A stretch of 64,000 nt of DNA from an uncultured Candidatus Entotheonella sp. (GTDB lineage Bacteria; Tectomicrobia; Entotheonellia; Entotheonellales; Entotheonellaceae): contig OZ244252.1 of assembly GCA_965217185.1 (NCBI GenBank), forward strand, positions 2,624,001 through 2,688,000, read 5' to 3'. Under the pieces are notes generated by a model, which saw only the letters and a list, made by a program, of their open reading frames with translations, made no database searches and was not told where the DNA came from. Of the stretch, positions 47,807-58,116 are shown piece after piece (within the stretch, counting starts at the first letter, position 1; each line of letters begins with the position of its first letter). The translations under genes were made by a program, and so were the position numbers.

Positions 47807-49060
47807 ATGTCTGTGAAAGCGCAGGTTGACCTGCTGATGCGCGGCACCCGCTTCGCCGACGAGGCTGATTACTGGGGAGCCGAGATGCCCGAGGGCGGCG
47901 AGTTGCGGGGCCGCATGCAGGCCGAGTTGCGCGACAAGCTGCGGCTTGGGCGGCCGTTGCGCGTCTATTTGGGCGTCGATCCCACCAGCACCGATCTTCA
48001 TGTTGGGCACTTTGTGCCCCTGCAGAAGCTGCGCAGGTTTCAGGACCTCGGCCACCAAGTGGTCTTCCTGATCGGCGATTACACCGCCACCATCGGCGAC
48101 CCCAGTGAGCAGACGAGCGAGCGTAAGCGCCTGACGCACGCCCACGTGCTGGAACTGGCCGGCAGCTATACCGAACAGGCCTACCGCATCCTCGACCCCG
48201 ACAAAACCGAGTTGCGTTACAACGGCGACTGGCTGGGGAAGCTCTCATTTGCCGACATCATCGAGTTGGCCAGCATCTTCCCGATGAAGCAGATCGTCGC
48301 CCGGCGCGATTTTCAGCGGCGGATGGAGCAGGGTGAGTCGCTGCGCTTCCACGAATCGCTGTACGCGCTGATGCAGGGTTATGACGCCTACATGCTGAAG
48401 TGCGACGTGCAGGTGGGCGGCTACGACCAGCATTTCAACATGCTGGCCGGGCGCGCCATTCAAGAGCATTTTGGTGACCCGCCGCACGTCATGCTGACCA
48501 ATCCGCTGCTCATCGGCACCGACGGGCGCAAGATGTCGAAGAGCTACGGCAACGTCATCAACGTGCACGACGCGCCGTTCGACATGTACGGCAAAACGAT
48601 GCGCATGGCCGACGAGCACATTCAGGCTTACCTGGAGCTCACCAGTTCGCTGGACAGCGATGCCATCGACGCCGAGGGGCAGCGGCTGCAGGACGGCGCC
48701 AACCCGATGGAGGTGAAGAAGCGGCTCGCCTTCGACTTGGTGCGGCAATACCACGGCGAGGCGGCGGCGGACGAGGCGGCGGAGACGTTTCAGCGCGTCG
48801 TGCAACGTCAGCAGGCGCCCGACGAGGTACCGGAGGTGAGCGTGCCGCCGCATCTGCTGGGGGCGACGTGGGTGGACCTGTGCGCCGGCCTCGAGTTGAG
48901 CCCGTCGAAAGCCGAGGCGCGCCGCCTGATGCGCCAAGGCGGTTTTTATATCGAACAGACGCCGGTGAAAGATACCGAGGCCCGTGCGGAGGTGCCGCCG
49001 GCCGGCGTTCTGGTGCGGCTGGGCAAGCGGCGCTATTACCGCCTAGTGCCCGGCGCCTGA
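47807..49060 (+). CDS. tyrS: Tyrosine--tRNA ligase
   Basis: GVDPTSTDLHVGH, QGYD, GGYDQ.FN, KMSKS, C-terminal S4 domain. Confidence 0.95.
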   Translation: MSVKAQVDLLMRGTRFADEADYWGAEMPEGGELRGRMQAELRDKLRLGRPLRVYLGVDPTSTDLHVGHFVPLQKLRRFQDLGHQVVFLIGDYTATIGDPSEQTSERKRLTHAHVLELAGSYTEQAYRILDPDKTELRYNGDWLGKLSFADIIELASIFPMKQIVARRDFQRRMEQGESLRFHESLYALMQGYDAYMLKCDVQVGGYDQHFNMLAGRAIQEHFGDPPHVMLTNPLLIGTDGRKMSKSYGNVINVHDAPFDMYGKTMRMADEHIQAYLELTSSLDSDAIDAEGQRLQDGANPMEVKKRLAFDLVRQYHGEAAADEAAETFQRVVQRQQAPDEVPEVSVPPHLLGATWVDLCAGLELSPSKAEARRLMRQGGFYIEQTPVKDTEARAEVPPAGVLVRLGKRRYYRLVPGA

Positions 49061-49155
49061 GACCGGTACCGGCGAGCATTTCCCCCCCGGCCGTCAGGGG
49101 GTCATTTTGACTTGGCCGCTGTGTGCGGTTTGTGTGTTTTGAAGGAGAGAAGAGC

Positions 49156-49956
49156 GTGGACATTATTGTGACCCTCAAGCAGGTGCCGGACCCGGAGGCG
49201 CCCAAAGAGACCTTTCGGATCGACGAATCGGCGATGAAGATCCTCAATCCGCCCAATATCGACCCGGTGATTAACGGGTACGACGAAAACGCCATCGAAG
49301 CGGCGTTGCAACTCAAGGAGGCGGCGGGCGGCAAGGTGGTCGCCGTGTCGATGGGCGAATCCGGCGCCACCCGTGCCCTCAAGCAGGCCATGGCGATGGG
49401 GGTGGACGAGGGCATTTTGTTGCAGGATGAATCGTTTGCGGGCGCTGACGCCAATTCGACGGCCCACGTGCTGGCGCGCGCTATCGAGAAGACCGGTTCG
49501 TACGGGTTGATTCTGTGTGGGCGCCAAGCGTCGGACTGGGACCAGTCGCAGGTGCCCTCCGGCATCGCCGAATTGCTGGGATTGCCAAGCGTGACCGCCG
49601 TTCAAAAAGTGGAGTTGCAAGGCGATGCGGTGCGCGTCGAGCGCATCCTTGAGGACGGCTACGAAGTGCTGGACATTCGCGGCCCGTGCGTGGTGACGGT
49701 GAGCAACGAGGCCAACAAGCCGCGCTACCCGACGCTGAAGGGCATCATGGCGGCGGGCAAGAAGCAGATTCCGGTCTGGGACGCGGCGGAGTTGGGGGTC
49801 GATGCCGCCCAGGTCGGCAGCGCCGGCGCGCTGACCCGCGTCAGCAAGCTCTACGTGCCGAGTTTCGACGGCGACTGCGAGTTCATCGCCGGCGACACGC
49901 CCGAGGAAATGGGGGCGAATCTGGCCCTGCGCTTGCGGGAGTTGAAGATCATCTAA
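49156..49956 (+). CDS. etfB: Electron transfer flavoprotein beta subunit
   Basis: KQVPD, DENAIEAAL, CGRQASD, PRYPTLKGIM. Confidence 0.93.
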   Translation: MDIIVTLKQVPDPEAPKETFRIDESAMKILNPPNIDPVINGYDENAIEAALQLKEAAGGKVVAVSMGESGATRALKQAMAMGVDEGILLQDESFAGADANSTAHVLARAIEKTGSYGLILCGRQASDWDQSQVPSGIAELLGLPSVTAVQKVELQGDAVRVERILEDGYEVLDIRGPCVVTVSNEANKPRYPTLKGIMAAGKKQIPVWDAAELGVDAAQVGSAGALTRVSKLYVPSFDGDCEFIAGDTPEEMGANLALRLRELKII

Positions 49957-50000
49957 ACACCGCGACGTCTTTATAGAATTGAACGACGGAGGATGGAAGC

Positions 50001-50996
50001 ATGACCCAGGGCGTAATGATTTTCGCAGAAACCACCGGCGCCGCACTGGCGCCGATTGCCAAGGAGATGTGCGGCGTCGGACGCCGCCTTGCCGACGCGC
50101 TCGGTGAGCCGTTGATTGCCGCGGTGGTCGGCAGCGGCGTCGGCGACGCGGCGCAGGAAGCCATCGCGCACGGCGCTGACCGGGTTTACGTGGCGGACGC
50201 GGAGGTACTGCAGACCTACCAGACGGCCTCGTACTGCACGGTGCTGGGACAGATTGCCGAACAAGCGGAGCCGGAAGTTCTGCTGGTGGGGATGAGCGAC
50301 AACGGCCGCGACCTCGGGCCGCGGCTGACATTCCGGCTGCGCACCGGGCTGGCCTCGGACTGCGTCGACCTGACCATCAACGCGGAGACGCGCCTGCTGG
50401 AAGCGACCCGTCCGGTTTCGGGCGGGAATGCCATGGCGACCGTGGTAATCGAGAAGACGCGGCCACAGATGGCCACGGTGCGCGCCAAGACGATGCCTGC
50501 CGCCGAGCCGGACGCCGGGCGGCAGGGCGAGGTCGTTGCCGTTGACGTTTCGCTGGACGCCGCCTCGCTGCCAGTAACCGTTGTTGAGCGCGTCAAGGCC
50601 GAATCCGAAGGCGTGCGGCTGGAAGACGCCGATATCGTCATCTCCGGCGGGCGCGGCCTGAAGGGCCCGGACGATTTCTACGCCATCCTGGAGCCCTGCG
50701 CCAAAGCGCTCGGCGGTACCATCGGCGCTTCGCGCGCGGCGGTGGACGAGGGCTGGGTGCCCACGCAACTGCAGGTGGGCCTGACCGGCAAGATCGTCAG
50801 CCCGAAGCTGTACGTCGCCTGCGCCATCTCCGGCGCGGCGCAGCACATGGCGGGCTGCGGCTACTCGAAAACCATCGTGGCGGTGAACCGGGACCCCGAC
50901 GCGCCGATCTACCAGCGCGCCAACATCGGCATCGTGGGTGATTACAAGAAAGTCATCCCGGCCTTCCAGGCCAAATGCGCCGAGCTGCTTGGCTAA
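50001..50996 (+). CDS. etfA: Electron transfer flavoprotein alpha subunit
   Basis: [29 protein letters not shown]. Confidence 0.95.
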   Translation: MTQGVMIFAETTGAALAPIAKEMCGVGRRLADALGEPLIAAVVGSGVGDAAQEAIAHGADRVYVADAEVLQTYQTASYCTVLGQIAEQAEPEVLLVGMSDNGRDLGPRLTFRLRTGLASDCVDLTINAETRLLEATRPVSGGNAMATVVIEKTRPQMATVRAKTMPAAEPDAGRQGEVVAVDVSLDAASLPVTVVERVKAESEGVRLEDADIVISGGRGLKGPDDFYAILEPCAKALGGTIGASRAAVDEGWVPTQLQVGLTGKIVSPKLYVACAISGAAQHMAGCGYSKTIVAVNRDPDAPIYQRANIGIVGDYKKVIPAFQAKCAELLG

Positions 50997-51107
50997 CGCC
51001 GCTTTTGCCGGCGTGCCCGAATTCTTCCCGCCTTGACGGGCGCGCCGGCGGAATTCAGTCCATCCCATCAACAGACCTTTCCGTGAACCCCGCAAAGGAG
51101 ACCAATC

Positions 51108-51587
51108 ATGACCGTAGAGGAAATCGCCAAGCGATTGCTGGCTCAGGGCAGGCGGGTGTCGGTGGCGGAAGCCGATACCTGCGGGCTGGTCGGCTACCTG
51201 CTGAGCACGGTGCCGGGCAGCTCGAAGTACTTTCCCGGCGGTGTGATTGCCTACACCGGCGGCCTCAAACAGAGCATCCTGGGCGTGCCCGACGAGCTGT
51301 ACAACGCCAAGGGCAGCGTCAGCCCCGAGGTGGCGAGCGCCATGGCCAAGGGCGTGCGCGACCTGACGGGCACCGACTACGGCCTGTCGGTGACGGGCGT
51401 GGCCGGTCCGGCGGGCGGCCAGCCCGGCGTACCCATCGGCACCTTCTACGTGGCGGTGGCCGGTCCCGACGGCCTCGACGCGGCGGAACGCATCCAGGCG
51501 GACGCGGCCGACCGCGACGGCAACAAGCGCCAAGCGGCTCAGGCCGTCTTGGATCTACTTGGCCGCCATCTGCCAGCGTCCGAATAA
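51108..51587 (+). CDS. pncC: CinA C-terminal/nicotinamide-nucleotide amidohydrolase family
   Basis: VAEADTCG, PGSSKYF.GG...Y, VTGVAGP; the usual AESxTGG motif is altered. Confidence 0.75.
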   Translation: MTVEEIAKRLLAQGRRVSVAEADTCGLVGYLLSTVPGSSKYFPGGVIAYTGGLKQSILGVPDELYNAKGSVSPEVASAMAKGVRDLTGTDYGLSVTGVAGPAGGQPGVPIGTFYVAVAGPDGLDAAERIQADAADRDGNKRQAAQAVLDLLGRHLPASE

Positions 51588-51607
51588 GGCGGGCTTGCCA
51601 GCTTCAG

Positions 51608-51949
51608 CTACCAGTCCACCAGATGCGGTTTTTGCTGCTGCCAGCCGGCGTCAGAGGGAAAGACGGTATTCATTGGGATGGCCTGCGTATCGCCGTCGAA
51701 CCAGTCTTGCACGGTCTCCCGCCATTTGATGTAGTGCGGTGCGTTGCGGTGGGCGGTCAGGTGGTCGTCTTGCGTGGCGTAGACCTCATACAGGTAGAAC
51801 GTGTTGGGGTCGGACGGGCTCTGGTGAATGTCGAACCGCAGGCAGCCGGGCTCGTCGCGCACCGACCCCTGAGCGTCCCCCAGGCTGGCCTCCTTGAACT
51901 GCTCCGAAAACCCCGGTTTGATCTTGATGGTCACGAAGATGGCGTACAT
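51608..51949 (-). CDS. ABM/LsrG-like monooxygenase
   Basis: EPGCLRFD, FYLYEVY, HRNAPHY. Confidence 0.88.
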   Translation of the reverse strand: MYAIFVTIKIKPGFSEQFKEASLGDAQGSVRDEPGCLRFDIHQSPSDPNTFYLYEVYATQDDHLTAHRNAPHYIKWRETVQDWFDGDTQAIPMNTVFPSDAGWQQQKPHLVDW

Positions 51950-52075
51950 GGCTGATCCCTTCTCGTTCTGGGCGCGGTTAATTGGGTGGTCGAAATCCGG
52001 TGCTGCCTTGGTGTGAAGCCGTTGAGCGGCTGGCCATTATAGGGACGGGCCGATAGCCGAACAAGAGTTGGGCCG

Positions 52076-52678
52076 TTATCTATCCATGGTGTTGGCAAGC
52101 TTTTGTAAACCATTAATCGCGCGGCGAAGACTCTCAGCGTGCTCGGCAGCCACTTCAGGCTGCCAGCGTTCCTGGACGTACTCGATAAGTCTCGCCGCGT
52201 ATGCCGGCCCCACGCGGCGTCCGCTGTTCTCCCGCGGCACGATGTCGCTGCGGATATCCCTGCTCCGAGAGCCACGCGCCAAGTTGACCATCACGTCTTT
52301 CGGGTACTGCAATTTCTCGGGCTCTTCGGGGACATCGCCGGCCTTTATGCGCAGATAGTGTGCCAGCGTTTGCTTGTCTGCTATCAGCCATGCCTCGATC
52401 TCGCGCACGGCAATCCGGAAGCAAAGATTCGGCGCGGGGGCTGGCACCCAGGCGTTGCGTATTGGCGGCGCGCAATCGGCATCATTATCGAGATCGACAA
52501 GCACAACCCACGGTGTGAAGTGTGCCGCATTGTTATAGCCCTTGATCTTCTCCCGCAACGCGGGCTTGCCGTTCCTCCCGTACACCGCGCCGGCTTGTCC
52601 CCCTGTGTGGGCGATGAGCCGCCGCACAACCGCTTCATCAACGATACCTTCAACCGCTGCTTGGATGGTCGTAAGCAT
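52076..52678 (-). CDS. DUF4276-like TOPRIM-fold protein
   Basis: VEGIVDE, VDLDND, REIEAWLIAD, PK. Confidence 0.75.
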   Translation of the reverse strand: MLTTIQAAVEGIVDEAVVRRLIAHTGGQAGAVYGRNGKPALREKIKGYNNAAHFTPWVVLVDLDNDADCAPPIRNAWVPAPAPNLCFRIAVREIEAWLIADKQTLAHYLRIKAGDVPEEPEKLQYPKDVMVNLARGSRSRDIRSDIVPRENSGRRVGPAYAARLIEYVQERWQPEVAAEHAESLRRAINGLQKLANTMDR

Positions 52679-52686
52679 AAGCAGGT

Positions 52687-53838
52687 TCAGACATTCAACA
52701 AGAGGGAGAGTTGCTCCCCTTGCTGAGGCCGCGTCTGAGGAATGACGATGTCTGCGAGCGAGAGGCCGCCGGCCAGGAGTTCACTGACTTGCGGCAGAAA
52801 TTCAGCGGGCGTTATCCTGGCACCTCCCGTTTTGGGTACGATGAGGAGGGCCTCGTTAAGGCCGATTCCTTCATCTCGCAGTAACTCCGGTGAGTGAGTG
52901 CTTAAGAAGATCTGCTGGCCAGTTTTGCGTTGAACGCGGGCGAACATCTGGGGCAATACACGCACGATTTCCTGATGGAGAGACAGTTCCGGTTCTTCGA
53001 GCAGCAATACGCCTCCCCTCTCCATGATTGCCCACAGAAGCCCCATGAGCCGCAACGTGCCGTCAGAAAGCTGCTCCTCCGTCTGCCAAGCTCCCTGGGG
53101 CCGCCAATGTTGGTATTTGGCCCGGAGGTGCGGTGTGCCGCGATCATCCCGCCACAACTCGATCTCTTCAAGTTGGGGGACCGCGACCCTGAGGGCATTC
53201 CGTATGCGTTTAAGCCGTGAATTGCGAGTTGGGGCTGGTGTCTTCGTTACCTGCTCTAGGAAATCCCCGCCAAAGGGGTCGTTCAACCGACCGACGGAGC
53301 GGTCGGGCTCACGTACGAGTTGCGGGACGATGTGCAGATAACGGATTGAGGTGAAGAACTCTACAAGTTCACGAAACGATGCGTTGGCATTTATCTGCTC
53401 AAGGTATGTCTGTCGCAAACGCACGGAATCGCTTTTATCATCGCCTTCGGGTCGGTCAACTAGCACGTTCCCGTCGTGTAAGACGCGTTCACTGCGAAGT
53501 AGCGGGCGACGTTGTGCATCCTGATGGAAGGCGATCTCATACCTCCATCGAGAACCTTTCCTGTCATCCTGTAATTCGACATGGATTTCGACATCCGGCC
53601 TCTGACGAGCCGCCAGGCACCGGATGGCGCTCGTTCCGCCGCGCCGGGTGACGGCTTCGTGAAAACCGCCGCCAGGGGAAGCGAGATCACGCAGGAATCG
53701 AAAAGCATCCAGGAAGTTTGATTTCCCCGCCGCGTTAGCGCCTACGAGAAAAACACGATCCCCTATGGCGACCTCGATATCGAGAAAGTTCTTCCAATTT
53801 CGCAAGCGAAGTTTCCGAATCTTCAGGTCATCGCTCAT
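52687..53838 (-). CDS. AAA_21/SMC-like ABC ATPase
   Basis: GANAAGKSN, LSDGTLR, LLLEEPE..LH, STHS. Confidence 0.9.
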   Translation of the reverse strand: MSDDLKIRKLRLRNWKNFLDIEVAIGDRVFLVGANAAGKSNFLDAFRFLRDLASPGGGFHEAVTRRGGTSAIRCLAARQRPDVEIHVELQDDRKGSRWRYEIAFHQDAQRRPLLRSERVLHDGNVLVDRPEGDDKSDSVRLRQTYLEQINANASFRELVEFFTSIRYLHIVPQLVREPDRSVGRLNDPFGGDFLEQVTKTPAPTRNSRLKRIRNALRVAVPQLEEIELWRDDRGTPHLRAKYQHWRPQGAWQTEEQLSDGTLRLMGLLWAIMERGGVLLLEEPELSLHQEIVRVLPQMFARVQRKTGQQIFLSTHSPELLRDEGIGLNEALLIVPKTGGARITPAEFLPQVSELLAGGLSLADIVIPQTRPQQGEQLSLLLNV

Positions 53839-54053
53839 GTCGCCAGATCCTTCTTGGATCGATCCTGTTGTTGCTTCGATTCCGCCTGTGGGGCCCTGAC
53901 AAGGTGCGCCAGCCGTGTTGCCGATATCAAGATCAGGCAGCCTACGCCACTTTCTGCAATTGGCCAAAGCTTTGTTGACCGCCCTGCGTATAACGTCGTC
54001 TCTCTGCTATGGCAAGTAGACGTTCGGTTTCAATCAGAAACTGGGAGGCGAAG

Positions 54054-55088
54054 TTACTCGATCCCTGCAGCTAACAGCTTGACAATCTCGTCGCGTGCGA
54101 AGCTTGGCAATTGCCGCGTGGCGTCCTGGCTACACAAGAGCAGGCCGTCGTCGGGTGTCACGACCCTGCCGATGTCATAGCAGGCGATACCCGCGGCGTT
54201 GCACGCCTGGATGGCGTTGGCGGCCTGTACCGCCGGAACTGTGGCCACCAGAGCACCGGAGGCGATGACGCCCAGGGGATCGAGCCCGAAGGCATCGCAA
54301 AGCATACGGCCTTCCGGCAGCAGCGGCAGTTGATCGGCCTGCAGGCGTAGCCCGACGTTGGAAGCGTTGGCCAGTTCCCGCAGGCCGGTCGCCACGCCGC
54401 CCTCGGTGGGATCGTGCATGGCGTGCACCTCAACCGCCTGTTGCAGTACGGCGGCGTCCCTGACCACGCTGATTCCCGGATCGAACAGCAGTCCCTGCCA
54501 GCAGGCGATGTCGCTCGCCGCGAAGCCCTGAGCGGCCAATTGCGCCGCCCGTTCGCGGGCAATGATGGCGCTGCCCTCCAGCGGATACCCCTTGGTGAGC
54601 AAGACGGCATCGCCGACCTGCGCCCCGGCGCTTGTCACCAACGCCTGGCGCGTCGTCTCGCCCAGCATCTGGCCGCAGATGAGCGGCCGGTCCAGCCCCA
54701 GCGTGATCTCCGTATGCCCGCCGACGAGCGTCACCTGCAAAGCCCGGCACGCCTCGCGTATCTGCGCAAAAATGTCCCGCACCAAGTCCGGGGTGGTGCC
54801 CTTTTCCGGCAGCAGCAGCGTCGCCAGGAACCAGCGCGGCGTGCCGCCCATGCTGGCGATGTCGTTGGCGTTGACGTTGACGGCGTAATAGCCGATGGCG
54901 TCGGTGGCGAAGGTGATCGGGTCGGACTTGGCGATCAGCAACCGCTCGCCGAAGTCGATCACCGCGGCGTCCTCGCCGGGGCTCGGACCAATGAGCAGCC
55001 GCGGGTCGGCGGCCGGTTCCTGCTGCTGCAGAAGTTCTTCCAGCAGCGCTGCGGGGAGCTTTCCGGGTGGGAGAAATGGTGGTGCCAT
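54054..55088 (-). CDS. AIR-synthase-related (HypE-like) protein
   Basis: PGKLP, GEDAA, SDPITF, NANDIA, GGHTE, MHDPTEGG. Confidence 0.85.
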   Translation of the reverse strand: MAPPFLPPGKLPAALLEELLQQQEPAADPRLLIGPSPGEDAAVIDFGERLLIAKSDPITFATDAIGYYAVNVNANDIASMGGTPRWFLATLLLPEKGTTPDLVRDIFAQIREACRALQVTLVGGHTEITLGLDRPLICGQMLGETTRQALVTSAGAQVGDAVLLTKGYPLEGSAIIARERAAQLAAQGFAASDIACWQGLLFDPGISVVRDAAVLQQAVEVHAMHDPTEGGVATGLRELANASNVGLRLQADQLPLLPEGRMLCDAFGLDPLGVIASGALVATVPAVQAANAIQACNAAGIACYDIGRVVTPDDGLLLCSQDATRQLPSFARDEIVKLLAAGIE

Positions 55089-55364
55089 AACGTTCCTTAT
55101 ATTGGAGGTTGCGAGCAGAATGATACTGAAAAGCCTGATTTTGTGTGTCGCAAAATGACGTGCTACCCTTTGTTTGTAGAGCCAACGACGAACGATTCAT
55201 CGCGTGGTGGACGGCGAAGCGCCTTGACGGAAAGGGCAGGACGGCATAAACGAACCGCAACGTATCTGGATTGCCGAAATGCAGACCCACAGCCGCGAGT
55301 TCGTCGCGCGCATTGAAGCGAAAACCGAGTTGGAATTGCTGTGGATGATGGCAAAGGGAGAGCA

Positions 55365-57836
55365 ATGAGCAGCGAGGTCTACACCCCCGCAGAGATCGAA
55401 GGCAAGTGGCGGCGGCGTTGGGAAGAAAGCGGCGTGCACCGGGTGCGCGACGATGACCCGCGGCCCAAGTATTACTGCCTGGACATGTTTCCGTACCCGT
55501 CCGGCTCGGGGCTGCACGTCGGGCACTGGCGCGGCTATGTTCTTTCCGACGTATGGACCCGCTACAAAACGCTGCAGGGCTATTCCGTGCTGCATCCCAT
55601 GGGGTGGGACGCCTTCGGCCTACCCGCCGAGAACGACGCCATCAAGAAGGGCATCCATCCGCGCCTCGGCACCGATCAGAACATCAAGACCTTCCGCCGC
55701 CAACTCGACGAGATCGGCGCCATGTACGACTGGTCGCGCGAGATCGACACCACCGATCCGGCCTATTACCGCTGGACGCAGTGGATCTTCCTGCAGATGC
55801 ACGAACGCGGCCTGGCCTACAAAGCCTCCATGCCGATCAACTGGTGCCCGAGCTGCAAGTGCGGCCTGGCCAACGAAGAAGTGGTGGACGGCGCCTGCGA
55901 GCGCTGCGGCACGCTGGTGACCGAGAAAGAGATGAGCCAGTGGATGCTGCGCATCACCCATTATGCCGAGCGCCTGCTGCGCGATCTCGACAAGCTCGAC
56001 TGGCCGGAGAAAGTCAAGACGATGCAGGCCAACTGGATCGGCCGCAGCGAGGGCGCCACCATCCGGTTCACGGCGGTATCGGCACAGGACGACAGCGAGC
56101 ACGAATTGCCTGTCTTCACCACCCGTCCGGATACCCTTTTCGGTGCCACCTACATGGTGCTGGCCCCGGAGCACCCGCTCGTCCACATCCTATGCGCCCC
56201 CGAGCAGACCGAGGCCGTCCGGCGCTACATCGACAAAAGCCGCCAGCAGACCGACGTCGAGCGCACCAACGTGAAGCAGGAGAAGACCGGCGTCGATCTC
56301 GGCGCCGGCGCCATCAATCCGGTCAACGGCGCCCGCATCCCTATCTGGATCGCCGATTACGTCCTCATGGGCTACGGCACCGGCGCCATCATGGCGGTGC
56401 CGGCGCACGACGACAGGGACTTCGAGTTTGCCACCGTCTTCGGCCTGCCGATCATCGAGGTGATCGCCCACCCGGATAGCCCGAAGGATGCCGACGGCCA
56501 GTTGACCGAGGCTTACGTCGGGCCCGGCAACATGGTCAACTCCGGCGAGTTCGACGGCCTGCCGTGGGAAGAAGGCAAGCGCCGCGTGGTGGCCTGGCTC
56601 GCCGAGGGCGGCCAAGCCGAGGCGACGGTCAACTACCGCATGCGCGACTGGATATTCTCGCGCCAGCGCTACTGGGGCGAGCCGATCCCGATCGTCCACT
56701 GCGACGCCTGTGGCGAGGTGCGGGTGCCGGAGGCCGACCTGCCGGTGCTGCTGCCCCACGTCGAGCGCTACGAGCCCACCGGCACCGGGGATTCGCCTCT
56801 GGCTGCGATCACCGAATGGCTTCAGGTGGTCTGCCCCACCTGCGGCGGCCCGGCAACGCGTGAAACCGACACCATGCCGCAATGGGCGGGCTCCTGCTGG
56901 TACTTCCTGCGCTACGCCTCGCCGGACTGCGACACCGCCCTCGTCGCTCCCGATGCGGTACGCGACTGGTTGCCGGTCGATCTGTACGTCGGCGGCATCG
57001 AGCACGCCATCCTGCACCTGCTGTACGCCCGCTTTTTCGTCAAGTTCCTCCATGACATCGACGCCGTTCCGTTCGATGAGCCGTTCAGCCGCCTGTTCAA
57101 CCAAGGCATGATCGTGCGCCGCTCCGAGATCACCGGAAAGCTGGAGAAAATGTCCAAATCCAAGGGCAACGTGGTCAATCCCGACGATCTGGTCGGCAGT
57201 TACGGCACCGATTCGGTGCGCCTCTACGAACTGTTCATCGGGCCGCCGGAGGAGAGTTCGGAGTGGAGCGACCGGGGCATCGAAGGGATGTACCGCTTCC
57301 TGCGCCGTGCCTGGAATTGGGTGCTCGGCGCTGCGCCGGACGCCGACGGCACAACAGCGGACGAGGTCACGCGGCCGTTGCACGTCATGCTCAAAAACGT
57401 CAGCGAGCGGCTGGAGAGTTTCCGCTTCAACACCGCCATAAGCGCCATGATGGAGTTCCTCAACGCCGTCACCAAGCCGGAGGTCGCCGACAAGCCCGTC
57501 GGGCGCGACACCCTGCGCGCCTTTCTGATTGCCCTGGCGCCGTTCGCGCCGCACGTGACGGAGGAGTTATGGGAGCGGCTGGGCGAGGACAGCAGCATTT
57601 TCCGACAGCGCTTTCCCGCCTATGATGAAACGCTGACGCAGGTGAGCGAGGCGGTGCTGGCGGTGCAGATCAACGGCAAGGTGCGCGGCACCGTGACCGT
57701 GGCGACCGACAGTCCCGAGACGGTCGTCCAGGCAGCCGCCCTGGCGGACGCCAAACTGCAGCGCCATGTCAACGGCAAGTCGATCGTCAAGACCATTTTC
57801 GTGCCGAATCGCATTCTCAACCTCATCGTGCGGTAG
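55365..57836 (+). CDS. leuS: Leucine--tRNA ligase
   Basis: MFPYPSG.GLHVGH, FTTRPDT, SRQRYWG, GGIEHA, KMSKS. Confidence 0.97.
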   Translation: MSSEVYTPAEIEGKWRRRWEESGVHRVRDDDPRPKYYCLDMFPYPSGSGLHVGHWRGYVLSDVWTRYKTLQGYSVLHPMGWDAFGLPAENDAIKKGIHPRLGTDQNIKTFRRQLDEIGAMYDWSREIDTTDPAYYRWTQWIFLQMHERGLAYKASMPINWCPSCKCGLANEEVVDGACERCGTLVTEKEMSQWMLRITHYAERLLRDLDKLDWPEKVKTMQANWIGRSEGATIRFTAVSAQDDSEHELPVFTTRPDTLFGATYMVLAPEHPLVHILCAPEQTEAVRRYIDKSRQQTDVERTNVKQEKTGVDLGAGAINPVNGARIPIWIADYVLMGYGTGAIMAVPAHDDRDFEFATVFGLPIIEVIAHPDSPKDADGQLTEAYVGPGNMVNSGEFDGLPWEEGKRRVVAWLAEGGQAEATVNYRMRDWIFSRQRYWGEPIPIVHCDACGEVRVPEADLPVLLPHVERYEPTGTGDSPLAAITEWLQVVCPTCGGPATRETDTMPQWAGSCWYFLRYASPDCDTALVAPDAVRDWLPVDLYVGGIEHAILHLLYARFFVKFLHDIDAVPFDEPFSRLFNQGMIVRRSEITGKLEKMSKSKGNVVNPDDLVGSYGTDSVRLYELFIGPPEESSEWSDRGIEGMYRFLRRAWNWVLGAAPDADGTTADEVTRPLHVMLKNVSERLESFRFNTAISAMMEFLNAVTKPEVADKPVGRDTLRAFLIALAPFAPHVTEELWERLGEDSSIFRQRFPAYDETLTQVSEAVLAVQINGKVRGTVTVATDSPETVVQAAALADAKLQRHVNGKSIVKTIFVPNRILNLIVR

Positions 57837-57880
57837 GTAGTCTTCGCGGGCCTATTTTCAAGAAAACTCCACAGAGGAGC

Positions 57881-58108
57881 GTCGGATTACGATTCGCTAG
57901 ACCATTTCCGCATCGGATTGCAACGAAAGCCATCAGGGACCTAAAGCCCCTCTCCCTAGCCCTCCCCGCGGAGGGGGGAGGGGAACCCAAGTTAACCCGC
58001 CAACGCAAAGGGGTTTACTCCCTCTCCCCTGGAGGGAGAGGGTTGGGGTGAGGGGGAAGCGCCGGCTATCAAGCCATTTTGATCCGGAAGTGCTCTGATC
58101 CGACCTAC
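57881..58108. repeat. Composite repeat: two REP halves enclosing an inverted pair of CCCTCTCCC/GGGAGAGGG palindromes
   Basis: GTCGGATTACGATTCGCTA (57881-57899), CTGATCCGACCTAC (58095-58108); inner units 57947-57984 and 58019-58056. Confidence 0.75.
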
Positions 58109-58116
58109 ATCCCATC

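Noticed and set aside
54054..55088. hypE call implying a hydrogenase cluster
   Set aside because: No C-terminal PRIC motif and no hyp genes nearby.
55089..55364. Possible T-box leader upstream of leuS
   Set aside because: Only a loose GGTGGACGGCG match; no convincing stem I or terminator/antiterminator.
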